Assembly: GCF_009914755.1 (NCBI RefSeq)
Contig: NC_060927.1
Origin: the human T2T-CHM13v2.0 reference genome, Homo sapiens
Strand: one strand, 5' to 3'
DNA length: 64,000 nucleotides
Shown: one piece after another, positions 24,931-37,037 of the stretch
How positions within the stretch are numbered: position 1 is the stretch's first letter
Layout of the letters: every line of letters starts with the position of its first letter
Made by a program: the position numbers and the translations under genes
Notes under the pieces: model-generated
Seen by the model: the letters and a program-made list of their open reading frames with translations, nothing else
What the model was told of the DNA's origin: nothing
Database searches by the model: none

Positions 24931-27642
24931 AGTTTGGGTCTGTGGCATTATGCTCTTCTGCCTCTCCCCAAATCTCTTCCAGCCTGTACCTCCCAGCCCC
25001 CTGGGAGATGCTTCTAGGGACCAATGTGGCAGGAGCTGCAGGAAATCCTATGATGGGCTTCCCTTCTCCTCAGAGATCTTGGCCATCAGAGATCTCATTA
25101 GGTTCTCATGAATGACCAGGAGACCAAGGCTCAGAGAGGTCAGACGAAAAGGCCCAAAGGCACACGGCTGGCAGGTGGCAGAGCAATAGAGATGTCATTA
25201 TTGTTTCCATTTTACAGATGAGAAAACAGAGTTCTTTACTTTTCACCTGAAGCCTCACTTCTTGCAGCATACCAGTTATTCTGTGGAATCCCCTCTAAGA
25301 AATGCTGCTGTAGGCCATACTACATGCTTTCCCTTCTCTTTCCTCCATAGCCAAGTCCAAACACCTTCCCTTCCATGAAGCCTTCCCTGACCTTCACTGC
25401 CCACCAGCCTCACTAGTGCTGAGTCCTGGGGTCCTTGCTGCACTTGGTCTTGATTATCTGCAGCTTGGGCTACTCAGCTGTCTGAGAGCTCCCCCACCTT
25501 AGGCTGGGACTTAGTAGCTGTGTCTCAGGGTTTTACCGGGTCCTCATCTGTGCCAGGCATGAGGTTGGGCATGGGATGTACAGAGAGAGCAGATAGGGTT
25601 CCTGTCTCAGCTAGGCAATACTCCCTCTAGCAGTACAGAGCGGGCTCCCAGGAACCAGCCGGAAATGGCCCTGCAAGGTTGCTGGAACTTGGCCGTGAGC
25701 TGCTCAACTTCCCAGCTCTGGGGAGCCTTTCTGGTGGGAGTGGTAGGTGGTTTTCTTAACTAGGGTCCACAACCCTGCTTTGAGGGGGTCTAGAAACCCA
25801 CAAATAGTGTGAGCCACACCTGTTGCGTGTGGTTGGCTGATTTTCTGAGAGAGGGGCCACAGTGCCCATCAGCTTCTCCCCAGGGACTGGGGCTGAGAGA
25901 CATTTAAGAATTCCTGATTTGAGGCAATCTCCCAGTCCCCAATCAACAGGCAAAGGCCACTTGAACAACCCTGCCTGCCAGCGTCCTCATGTGCCAACCT
26001 GATGGTGGAGGGGAGCACGGACCATTCTGCCAGGGATAAGTGAGCACAAGAAGCTGGGACCCAGAAGTCTCCAAGCAAAGCCGATGCCCATTTTACGGCC
26101 ACAAGCAGCTGTTTTTAAGCCTCGTGCCAGAATCACACTATGAGGAAAGGTTACTTTCTCTATTCCCACCCTCCCTGCCAAAACAAAAAAATAGCACCCA
26201 GTGAGAAAAGGTGTTTCTAAACTTCTGCCTGGGCTCAGGCGATGGGCAAAATGTCAGTGAGAACAGTCAATGTGGGAAGAAGAACCAGTTTTAGCTTTTC
26301 TTTCTGAACCAGGAGAGCAGACAAAGAGGGACACAGACAGCTGGGAGCTGCTGGGTGTAGTGGAGTGTAGGCACATGTGACCAGTGGACTGCCAGGCAAG
26401 CCCTGCAGGAAATGCTGCCAGGGCTAGAGTCCAGCAGGGCCCAGGGCTCAGAGGACTGGACAGAGGAGACAGGCTCCTTTTCTGTCATGAAGGATAACAG
26501 TTCAGATGCTGCCTGCCTCCCAGGTGGTGGTAGATATCTGGGGAAGGACTTGACATCCACTTCTCCTTAGAATAATCATGGCTGCCACTTTGAGCACCTA
26601 CTGTATGCCCAGCCACGCACTAGGCATTGTCAGGTAGGCATTGGCCCATTTTCCAGGAGAAGAAAACTGAGGCTCGGTGCAGCTTTGCACAAATGTTCAG
26701 GATTGGGAGTGTCACTGCAGAGCCTCACACACATGCCTGTAGGGTTAACGTAGGGAATGCTTCCTTTCCATGGTGAGCTGAAGGTAACTTGTGGCAGGTA
26801 ACCCAAACCATGAGGTCTGGTACCCAAGCTGGGCTGACTTCCCTTGTCTCTGTTTTGAGGCAGAGGACCCAGCTTTGGTCCCTTCCAGAAAAGCCCCCAG
26901 GAGCTGAAACACACTGTAGAGATTCCAGGCCTGCTCAATTTTGGCAGTTGCAAGAAAGCCCCACTCCACCCTCAAGGCAGGACATACAAGGACATCTGTC
27001 ACCCTTCCTATCACATCCATCTTCCTACTGCTTTGTCTGCCCAGCAACCCTAGAGCTGTGATGCCCCAGAGCCCCAGCGATCCCCAACCAGAGTCTGGAT
27101 TTGAGAGACAGACTTGATTCCAGCCCAGTGGCAGGGAATTGGCTGCACATTAGTCATGCTATGGTTCCACACTCAAGCCCACACTAGGGAATTCCTGGGG
27201 CCTGGGGAAGGAAGGACCGGGCCTGCATGGTTGGAACCCCCAAATCCATCCACTGTGGGCTAAGCGGGGAAAGCAAAAGCCCCTCCTGGGCCTGGGTGCA
27301 GGTTCCATGTTTGTTCTACCCAGTGGCCCTTCTGCCTCTGCCTCAGAAACTAGTGCCTCCCATAGTAACAGAATGTTGAACTCGCCACTCTGCGGCTGTG
27401 GGGCTCCTTGTCTCCAGAACACAGTCTTGACCCAGCTTTCTTCCTGCCATTCTCTCTGCAGGTGGCTTGGGTCATGCCCAACCCCTGATGAAGCCCTGCT
27501 CCCCAGCCTATCCAGAGGGGCTGATACTCAGCTAGAATGCACTACAATGGCCATTCTGGCATTTCAGCCTTTCTCTGACACATCCCTGCTGTTACATATT
27601 ATGAATATGGTCCCTGTGGCCAATTCAGATGGTGGCCACCTA

Positions 27643-28195
<553 letters not shown>

Positions 28196-29026
28196 CTGTG
28201 GGACAAGCACAGAGTGAGTGACAAAGGCCAGGCACTGGAGGCCACATGGGACAGGTGCTCAGGAAGGCCCCAGGCACACGCACAGCAACCTAAACAACAC
28301 TGACTACACCCATGCCCCCTAACACACCAGCTCACACTGTAAATCCAATGCTACTAGCGCCAACCCAGGCACTCCACGATATGCCACCCTCAAGGCATAG
28401 CCCCATAACACACTCTAACTCCCTATTTGTGTGTTGTGCTGTGGAACACACTGGCTTCACAACACACACACTGTGTGTACACACATCCCCCGACATATAC
28501 CTTCTGGCATGTCCTTGTGTCCTGTGCCACTGCCACACACACGTCAACACCCAGGCCCCATGCACCAGCTTTGAGCCATACAACTTAACCTCCCCACCCC
28601 TTTCCCTCAAGAATTGCTGTGCTCACAGGCCCTCTGAGCACACCCAGACTCCATTTCCCTCTTTCTCTCACTACCCTTAACATGTTTACACACGCCCCAT
28701 GCCCAAATAATCTGGGACACTCTCCCCCAAATACACGGTTCCCAGGTTCCCCGCCCCTACAAATCCTCCCTCCACCCATGCCACCTGTGTCCACCAATAC
28801 ACTCTTCTCCCACATCCCTCCCCACTCAGGTCTCATAGGCATGGGGATGGGAGAAAGCCCCCACCTGCACCCACAGGCCCCCACCATATTAATCGAGGCC
28901 CTTGGCCTGGCCAAAGAAGCCAGGTCATACATAGTCACAAGAATGTCATTGAGCCCAGAGCTTGGTCCCAGTATGAGTTCAGGTCCATGGAGCCCTCACC
29001 TGGCAGGGGGAGGGGGGTCCCTATGG

Positions 29027-29047
29027 ACCAGCACCAGGGACAGCGGC
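29027..29047 (+). promoter_or_regulatory. REST/NRSF binding site (RE1/NRSE) candidate
   Basis: acCAGCACCagGGACAGcggc versus consensus TTCAGCACCNNGGACAGCGCC; both half-site cores intact with the canonical 2-bp spacer. Confidence 0.65.
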
Positions 29048-31469
29048 TTCCCGTCCCTCTCTGGAGCCCAGGAGGAGGTGGGAGCTCTGGCTTCTCCCTG
29101 CCCGCCCGGCCACCCTTACAGGAGTGCGGCATCTGTGGGGCTGCCAGGAGAGAATCCAATCCACCCCGACACCCAACACCAGAGGCCGAGGCCCCAGCAA
29201 GCGTTGGGTGACAAAGGGCCCCAGCTGAGCTCGGTTGGGTCTGGCACAGGGAGTGGCCCTGCCCCGCAGTCATGGACAGCTGGCCATCCTGGGCCCAGGA
29301 CGGTGAGGGGAAGGGCTGAGAGAAGGAAGGCAGGACTGACCCCCTCCTCAGCTCCAACTCCTCCCCTGCCTTATCACCTTCATAACCTTTTCGTCTTTCA
29401 CACATTTTAGAGCTGGAGGCATTCTAGGGCTAAGTCACTTTCCCAGCCGGGAACTTGAAGCTCAGAGAGGGAAAAAGCACTCTTCCAGAGCCGCACGGAG
29501 TGAGAGTGCTGAGGAGTGCAGAAGGAGATGGTCTCCTGGCTCATAGCCCTGGGCTCCTCCCCTTCCCCTAGGGGGTGCTCCCGCGTTTGTCTCCGAAGAG
29601 CCCTGGTGGGTGGGTGGACTGTGCCAGGCAGCCGCTAAGAACACAGTATCTGGCATTGGAGCGATTTGCGTTCAAATCCTGGCTGTGGGACCCTGGGCAA
29701 GTTCCTTCAGTTTTTGGAGCCCTGGTTCACTCATCTGCAAATTGGGGGCAAAACAGTCTCTCTTCCTTACCCCTACCCCTGACTACTTCCCAGTTTACTG
29801 AGAACTAATTATAAACTGTATTCAAATCCAGTGTGTTTCTGGATTTGGGGCTTCCCAGTCTTGGGTCACTGGGTGCTGGAGCCACAGGAGAAACCTTAAA
29901 TGTCTTACACAAGGGACGCTTTTACTCAGGGATGCAGTAGGAAGATTATTTTTACACTGGGACTAACAGATCTCTTATGGAATAGAACATAAAATGGATG
30001 TGATACCTCAAGAAGAGGCACAGAGACATGAGACACCAAAGAAACTGCACGCTTGGTGCTCCCACCTACAATACTCAAAAGAGGCCATGTTCCTTGGCCA
30101 TGGATGGAACACACACCATCCACAGAATCCATGAGTTTTGACCCCAACAATGTATTCCTCGGAGAAGCAGGTGAGGCAGGGACCAAGAATGTGAATAAAA
30201 ACAAACAACAATACTCCCCTGCCATTTCTTAAGCATCTACTATGTACCAGGCACTGTGGGATGAGTTCTGTATCATCCATCCAAGGTAAATTCTATAAGG
30301 GTTGACCAGAAAAGCACTTGGCTCCTTGTAGCTACCTAGTAAACAATTGTTAAATGAATAAGTGAATGAATGAAAAGCAAACAGACACTGTCTCATTCTG
30401 TACAACACTGTGAAGTGGATACTAGAATTACCTCCATTTTATAGACCAAGCGAATGAGGTTCAGAGGGGTGAAGTCACTTGCCCAAGGTCACACAGTGGG
30501 GAGATGCCACGGAGTGGAAGATCTTTTCAACCTTAGACTTTGGACTCTTGTCCACTACCCTGTAAGAAGGGCCTGGCAGGGGCCTGGTCTAGGATGCTGA
30601 ACCTCTCTGGGGAGAGTGTTGGCATTTGGGTTTGGGCCGAATGCTCTCCTCCCCCTGCTACAAGCTAGTGCAGAGCCTCAATACGGCTCCCTCCCCAGTC
30701 TAGGGCCAGCCACAGGAGGCAAGGAGAGACCTCTGAGAACATGTGGGCCCTTGTTCAGGGTTGGATGAGGCACTAGGTCCGTGCAGGGATGGGGCGGGAG
30801 CTTTTACATTAAGCAGTGCTCTTCCTGCTGCCTGCTCAGTGTAAATGTGTTTGGTGTATGTTCAGGAAGCTGGGTAGAGAAAATCCAAATGGCAGGAGTA
30901 AGACAAGGATAGAGTGAGGCAAATGGGCTACAATTGGGGCAGAAGGAAGGAAATGAGGTCAGGGGTCCTTCAGGCCAATGCAGTGGCTGGGGCTTGTAGG
31001 AGAGATGGGTCTCAGATGCTGGGGGAAGGCTGAACCCCGCTGGAGGGGTGAGCGCTGGGGAGGTGATTTGACTAAGAACTTTCCAGAACAGGCTTTGCTT
31101 ACTCAGGGAAAAGAATTGAGATGAGGAGATGCAGACCTTCTGTCCAGAAGGAACTTGGGACTGACCTGGAGCCCCAGGAGGCCTCAGTCCTTGACGCTTA
31201 AGCAACAAGTCTGGATTGGGTGAAGGCAAAGCTGGTGAACATTTACCACCCACACCTGCACTAAACTTACTGGCAGTAGAAATCACCTGTGATTCTGAGC
31301 TAGTCACCTGGATTCTCTGTCTTAGCTTCAGCATCTATAATTTGGGGCTACTGATATATAACATTGCCTGACTGGCACATGATAAGCATTTATTGAGTGC
31401 TTATTAGGTGCCAAGCACTCTGAGTGTTTTACAGAAATATCTATCTCAGAGACGCTGCAAGGCGTTATG

Positions 31470-31860
31470 CATAGGGCTCTGGAAACCACTCATTCTGAGT
31501 TCAAATTCTGGCTCCTTCATCTCCCAGCTGAATGGGAAGGAAATTAACTTTGATTTCATTATCTTACAAAAAGCAGAGGGGAATAGGAGTATCTACCTCA
31601 TAGATGTTATGAGGCTTAAATGAGTTATTTCGTTTAAAATACTTAGAACCAAGCCCAGAACATAGTCAGCACTCAAATTATTGTGATTATTATTGTCAAT
31701 CCATAAAAGCGCTTTATGAGACCTATTATCCCTAGAACATATGAAGAAACTGAGGCCAAGAGAGATGAAGTAAATTGCTCAAGATCACAAGATTAGTGAG
31801 TGGTGGATCTGGGATTTGAACCTAGGCAGTCTGGGTCCAGAGACACATTCCTAATCAGGA
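31470..31860. mobile_element. Two adjacent MIRs in opposite orientation
   Basis: Plus copy gagttcaaattctggctcc...tacctcatagatgttatgaggcttaaatgag; minus copy atgaagaaactgaggcc...gggatttgaacctaggcagtctg. Confidence 0.65.
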
Positions 31861-32167
31861 TGCTTTTCTGCTTCCCCTGGTGAATCTCCCTCATGAGGTT
31901 CTTATGACACTTAAATGAAGTGCCATATGTGAATGAAAGTGCTTTGCAATCCACAAGGGACTTTCTAAACCCGAGCTGCTGTTTTCTATCTGTGCCTGTG
32001 CTACCTGCGGAGTGGCTTACAGGCACTGATAATTACGTCTCTGACAGTACAAGCAAGCTATGAGAATCGTTAGCAGCAATTATATCTGTGATCACAACAG
32101 TAGGCATGAGTTAGTGGGCTACTGTTGATTTTAATGACTACTGTGATAAGATGAAAAATGATCTTCA

Positions 32168-32417
32168 ACCATCTATCCACCCACCCACCCATCAATCCAC
32201 ACACCCACCCATCCACCTGCCCACTCACCCACCCTTCCATTCATTCATCCATCCATCCACCCATCTACCCACCCATCCACTCATCCATCCATCCATCCAT
32301 CCACTCGCTCACTCACTGACCCTTCCATCCATTCATCCACCCACCCACCACCCACCGACCCATCTACCCATCCACTCATCCATCCATCCATCCACTTACC
32401 CATCCAACCATCCATTC
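32168..32417. repeat. Degenerate (CCAT/CCAC)n tetranucleotide repeat
   Basis: Directly visible. Confidence 0.9.
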
Positions 32418-35404
32418 AATGATTGTGTTTTGGGTACTACACAGTGCCAGGCACTGAACAATCCAGAGAGGAACTCTGCCCTCTACGAGCCCACAGTGAA
32501 GAAGAGAGACAACTAAATTAGTGATTTCTATGACTTGAAGAGTTTGCCATCATGGGGACCCCCAGGTGCTGTGGACACACAAAGCAGGAAGACCTGAACT
32601 GGCCCGGGGTAACCAGGAATGCCTTTCCTCTCAGCTCCAAGTAGGGATTTTTTTTTCTTCAGGTAAAGAAGGACTTAATAAAAAGATGAATCGTGAAGAA
32701 ACTGAAATACACAACTGTCTGCTAGTAAAAGGTGCAGAAGGAAAACAGTGTGAGCCAGTATAGAGGGACAGAACTCTGGGATAACAAAATCAATTAAAAA
32801 TCAGAACTCCACCCTGAAGGCGACTGATCTCATACTTCCTTCTCTACCTCTTCTGATGTGGCTTGTTCCCTAACCCTGCTTCATCTCATGGGTGCAAACA
32901 TGAGGTCACCCCTTTTCTGGGCATTTTGTTTTTTCATTCCAAGCTGTAGAGCCCACTTTGGTGCTTGCTCTGACAGCAAGATTTGCTGGAAAAATGTGAA
33001 GTCCACCAGCACAAAAGCTACTTGTATGATATTATACAAATGATCTTTTCACAGATTGACAGAACTGAGGACCCCATAGTTTGCCTAGAATACCTCAGAT
33101 GCCTGACTCCTGCAGATGTGCCATGTGTCTGTTCAGAACACTCTTCACTACCTGGGCCTTTGCCTCCCTAACAGCTGCTGTCCTGTTCAGCCTCAGTTTC
33201 CCTTCCTTGGAAGCCTTTCCTGACCACCTAGACTGCATAAATGCTCCTGACTCCCAGGTGCCTCCCAGATTGTAGTACACTTCACACTGTATTGCTTGAG
33301 CCTGCTTAACTGTTTTCTTTCCCCAGGATCCTGAGAGCATCATGTGGGCAGTTGCTATGTCTCTTCTGTACCTAGTGCAGTGTCTGGCATCCAGAAGGCA
33401 CTCAATAAATATTTGGTGTTGGGTCTACTGCCTGTGGAAGCTGTGACTTTAGATAGGTCCTCAGACCTCAGTTTGCTCATCTGTAAGATGGGCTAGTGAT
33501 TCCTACCCTGCCTACCTTAAGAGTTTTCTGGGGGGTCAGGAAAGATAACAAAATCAGCAGTCATAGTTTTTCTTTGAGATGCATGCACTGCCCTCCACTG
33601 CCCAGTTTCCCCTCTTTGTAATGAGGCATCAGAGTGAGGGTGAAGCTGGGACGACTTCCCTCAGCCACAACCCCAGAAGATTCTCAGGCTCTTGCTGCCT
33701 CATCCAAATATCATGTGACCTACCACTCTATGGCTGAGAGACTAAATGAACTATGTGACCTTGGAGAAGTCATCTAACTTTGCTGGGCTTCCTCTGTAAA
33801 GTGGGGATGACCCTGTTTGTCTTACAGGCTGCTGCAAGGACTCAATGAGAGCCAGCTCCTGGCCCAGAGCAGAAAATGAAACACTGGCTTCCTTGAGTCC
33901 CCCCTGCTCCCCTCCTCCTAGTTATTAGCAAATGTTCCTCCCTCATGGTTGCAATGAGGTTCACTTGCAGTCAGCTCTCAACACTGCACAGGTGAGCACC
34001 CCTGCCCTAAGCAATGGGCACACAGGCCTGGACAGGGCATATAGCCAGACCTGGCCTAAAGAGGTTGAGCAACACACTAGGGGTCACACAGCCAACTGAG
34101 ACAAAGCCCAGTGAGAATCTCCTCCTTGTTTTCCCAGCTCCAATGGTGTGACCCTGAGCAAGCCCCTTTCTTCTCTGGGCCTCAGTTTCCCCATGTGGGA
34201 AGTGAAGGGATTGGATTAGTGCTCTCTGGAGTCCCTTCAGGCTCTGATGTGCCAGGCCCTTCAGAATCCAGGAGAACATTCTGACAATATTGGATTTATG
34301 CATTTCAGTTTCATCTTATTAGCATTTAAATTACTCTGTATTGTTACATTTCAATGACTCAAGAATAGGTTAGGGGTGCCTTAATAAAAAGTCTTTGCCA
34401 GAGGGAGGTTGGGAGAGGAAGGAGCAATATTTTTTTGTTTGTGGAGTTAATTTAACAAAGAAGGAATCTATCTTTCGAAGGAAGAATAAAAAAATAGACA
34501 AAACAAATCCCCAAACCAACAGCTTTTCAAATCCTAACTGAAGGATGGTAGCTGGGACAGTCGTACATGAATTATGTGCTAAAAATAACTTCTGGATGCC
34601 AAATTCTTCTGTTTTAAGACATGCTGAATTTAAGTGCCACCTTAATATGTATTTTTAAGGTCACTTTTCCATTGAATCATCAATGACTGAGGTGGGGCAC
34701 AAGTCTGGTCTGAAGATCCCCAGTGATGGAAGCCTAGCTCTGCCAGTCACTAGTTATGTGACTTGGGCAGGGCTCTTAATCCTCTGTGCCTTGGTTGACC
34801 CTCCCCAACATGAAGACAACCCTACAGCCTACCTCACAGGGTTTTGTAAGGATTGAGATAGAGCTAGCACAGTTTCTGGCAACGAGGAAACACTTGTTAA
34901 ATGGTGACTCTCCTATGAAAATTTAACTTACTCCCTGCCTCCAATCGCTCCCAGACCAGCATGTACCCCATAGTGCCATATTTCAAAGGGAACTCAGCTC
35001 TGACTTTCCCATGCCCACCAGGCTCCTTGTCACCTCTCAGGTGGCTGGGGAGGCCTCCAGCTTGTTGGCACAGCAAACAAGGCTAGTTTCCCTTCTGTTC
35101 TGGTCTTGATGAACTACTTATAGTTCCCATGAGGTAGGATGTTTGCTTTCCTCTCCTGGTTGCAAATTCTGGCCTTTCTGTAGGGGGCCCACTGCCCCAG
35201 TGATGGGGAACCCTCTTCCTCCATGCTGAACCCAAGGAAACAGGTGAACTCAGCCTGCAGTTGGGGGTGGAGGGCCAACAGCTCCTCCCTTGTCCTCACC
35301 CAGAGAGCCTCAGCCATTCTCTTAGATATCCTCTCTGGGGGAGGCAATTTCCTCTGCACGTGTGTGTAAGGAGGGAGAGCCTGATGGTGAGTGTGGATGT
35401 AAGC

Positions 35405-35660
35405 AGGCATGCCAATGTGAGTGTGCTAGATCAGTGTGTCTGTAGGGTGAGTGTGTGAGTGTAGGGTAAATGTGGGTGTGCAGGGTGGGTGTGGGTGTGT
35501 TAGACCAGTGTGAGTGTGCATGGCTAGTGTGACTGTGCAGGTTAAGTGTGGGTGTGTAGGGTGTATGGGCGTACAAGGCATATGTGGGTGCAGGGTTAGT
35601 GTGAGTATGCAGGGCTAGTATAGATATGCAAGATGAGTGTGGGTGTGCAGGGTCAGTGGG
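35405..35660. repeat. TG-rich degenerate low-complexity tract
   Basis: Recurring gtgagtgtg/gtgggtgtgcaggg units. Confidence 0.7.
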
Positions 35661-36379
35661 AGTGCATTATGGTGGTTTTCTTAGTATGAGTGGGACAGGG
35701 TCTGGGGGCACACCTGTGTCAGAAGAAGTGTGCAAATGCTGGTCTTAGAGTACGCCTGTAAGTGACCGTGCTTTGTGTGTGGGAAAGAGGGTCTCTATGA
35801 TGTATCAGTGGACATGTGGTTGGTGTGAGTGACCCCAAAGGACAAGGTGTGCCACACAGGTCTACTGGAGCATGTCAGCATGAGTGTGCGTGTGTGTGTG
35901 TGAGAGAGAGAGAGCAAGCCCAAGATATCTGTGCCACACCTGTCTCTGGGTGTGCAAGCCCCATGATGTGTGAGTGTCTGTGTATGTGCTCAAAGCTGAA
36001 GAAGACAATCTCACAAACTCTCACAGTTGAGAAGAGAGAACAGGGAAAGAGGAAGGGAACTGAAAATGAATACCTCAGAAGCAAATTTAGTGCTATTTTT
36101 AGACAACTCCTATTCTGTTAACCAGAAAAGGAAAATCTAAAAAAAAATCCCAAAGAAACCGCCTTGCATCAGCCTTGAAGGCACAGGTGGCAGACGTAGG
36201 TCTAAGGGGCAGGCAGTGAGAGGGATCCAGGGCTTCCTGTGGAGCTTCTCACCCTCATGCCTGGCCTGAGGAAGGGGAGGTCCAGCCCTTACCTTCCTAC
36301 CAGGGTCAACTCACTCCACTGTCCTCTGTTCTCAGAGGAGTTGCCAATGTTAGATGGCAGGAAAAACCTTCCATTTCTG

Positions 36380-36510
36380 CTCATCCATCCATCCAACCAT
36401 CCATCCGTCTATCCATCCGTTCGTCCATCCTTCCATCTGTCTGCTTGACCATTAGCTGTCTGTCCATCTGTCAATCCATCAATCTCTCCATCCATCTGTT
36501 CATCCACCTA
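36380..36510. repeat. Degenerate (TCCA)n repeat
   Basis: Directly visible. Confidence 0.85.
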
Positions 36511-36719
36511 CCCAATAAAACTAATGAGCTGCATCACAGGCCCTGCCCCGGGCACTGGGACTATGAGGAGAGCAAGAGAGACACTCAGATCCTTTTTCCT
36601 GCTGTTTAACATCTGCTCACTCTGCCACACAGAGCCCCCCAATAACCTCAACCCCATGGTCAGGATGTGCAGGCTGGGTCAAGTGATTTCTGCACAACTT
36701 TTGGTTCGGGTTTTCCCTG

Positions 36720-37037
36720 GGAATCAGATCCACTCAGTTTTGATCTTGGTGTGATGACTATGATGAACAGCAGGAATCAGATCCACTCAGTTTTGATCTT
36801 GGTGTGATGACTATGATGAACAGCAGGAATCAGATCCACTCAGTTTTGATCTTGGTGTGATGACTATGATGAACAGCAGGAATCAGATCCACTCAGTTTT
36901 GATCTTGGTGTGATGACTATGATGAACAGCAGGAATCAGATCCACTCAGTTTTGATCTTGGTGTGATGACTATGATGAACAGCAGGAATCAGATCCACTC
37001 AGTTTTGATCTTGGTGTGATGACTATGATGAACAGCA
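36720..37037. repeat. Minisatellite: 6 identical copies of a 53-bp unit
   Basis: Unit ggaatcagatccactcagttttgatcttggtgtgatgactatgatgaacagca starts at 36720, 36773, 36826, 36879, 36932 and 36985. Confidence 0.97.

Noticed and set aside
28619-29410. 263-aa plus-strand ORF (and other long ORFs such as 49140..49778, 1752..2357, 62323..62901)
   Set aside because: Pro/Gly/Ser-rich low-complexity translations of GC-rich DNA with no recognisable domain; consistent with chance ORFs.
32095-32127. Small hairpin caacagtag/ctactgttg as a miRNA precursor
   Set aside because: Only a 9-bp stem; too short for a pre-miRNA and expected by chance.
36720-37037. CRISPR-like array or C/D snoRNA cluster (RTGATGA twice per unit)
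   Set aside because: No variable spacers and a eukaryotic context. The C-box-like motifs are on the antisense strand with no CTGA D box on that strand.
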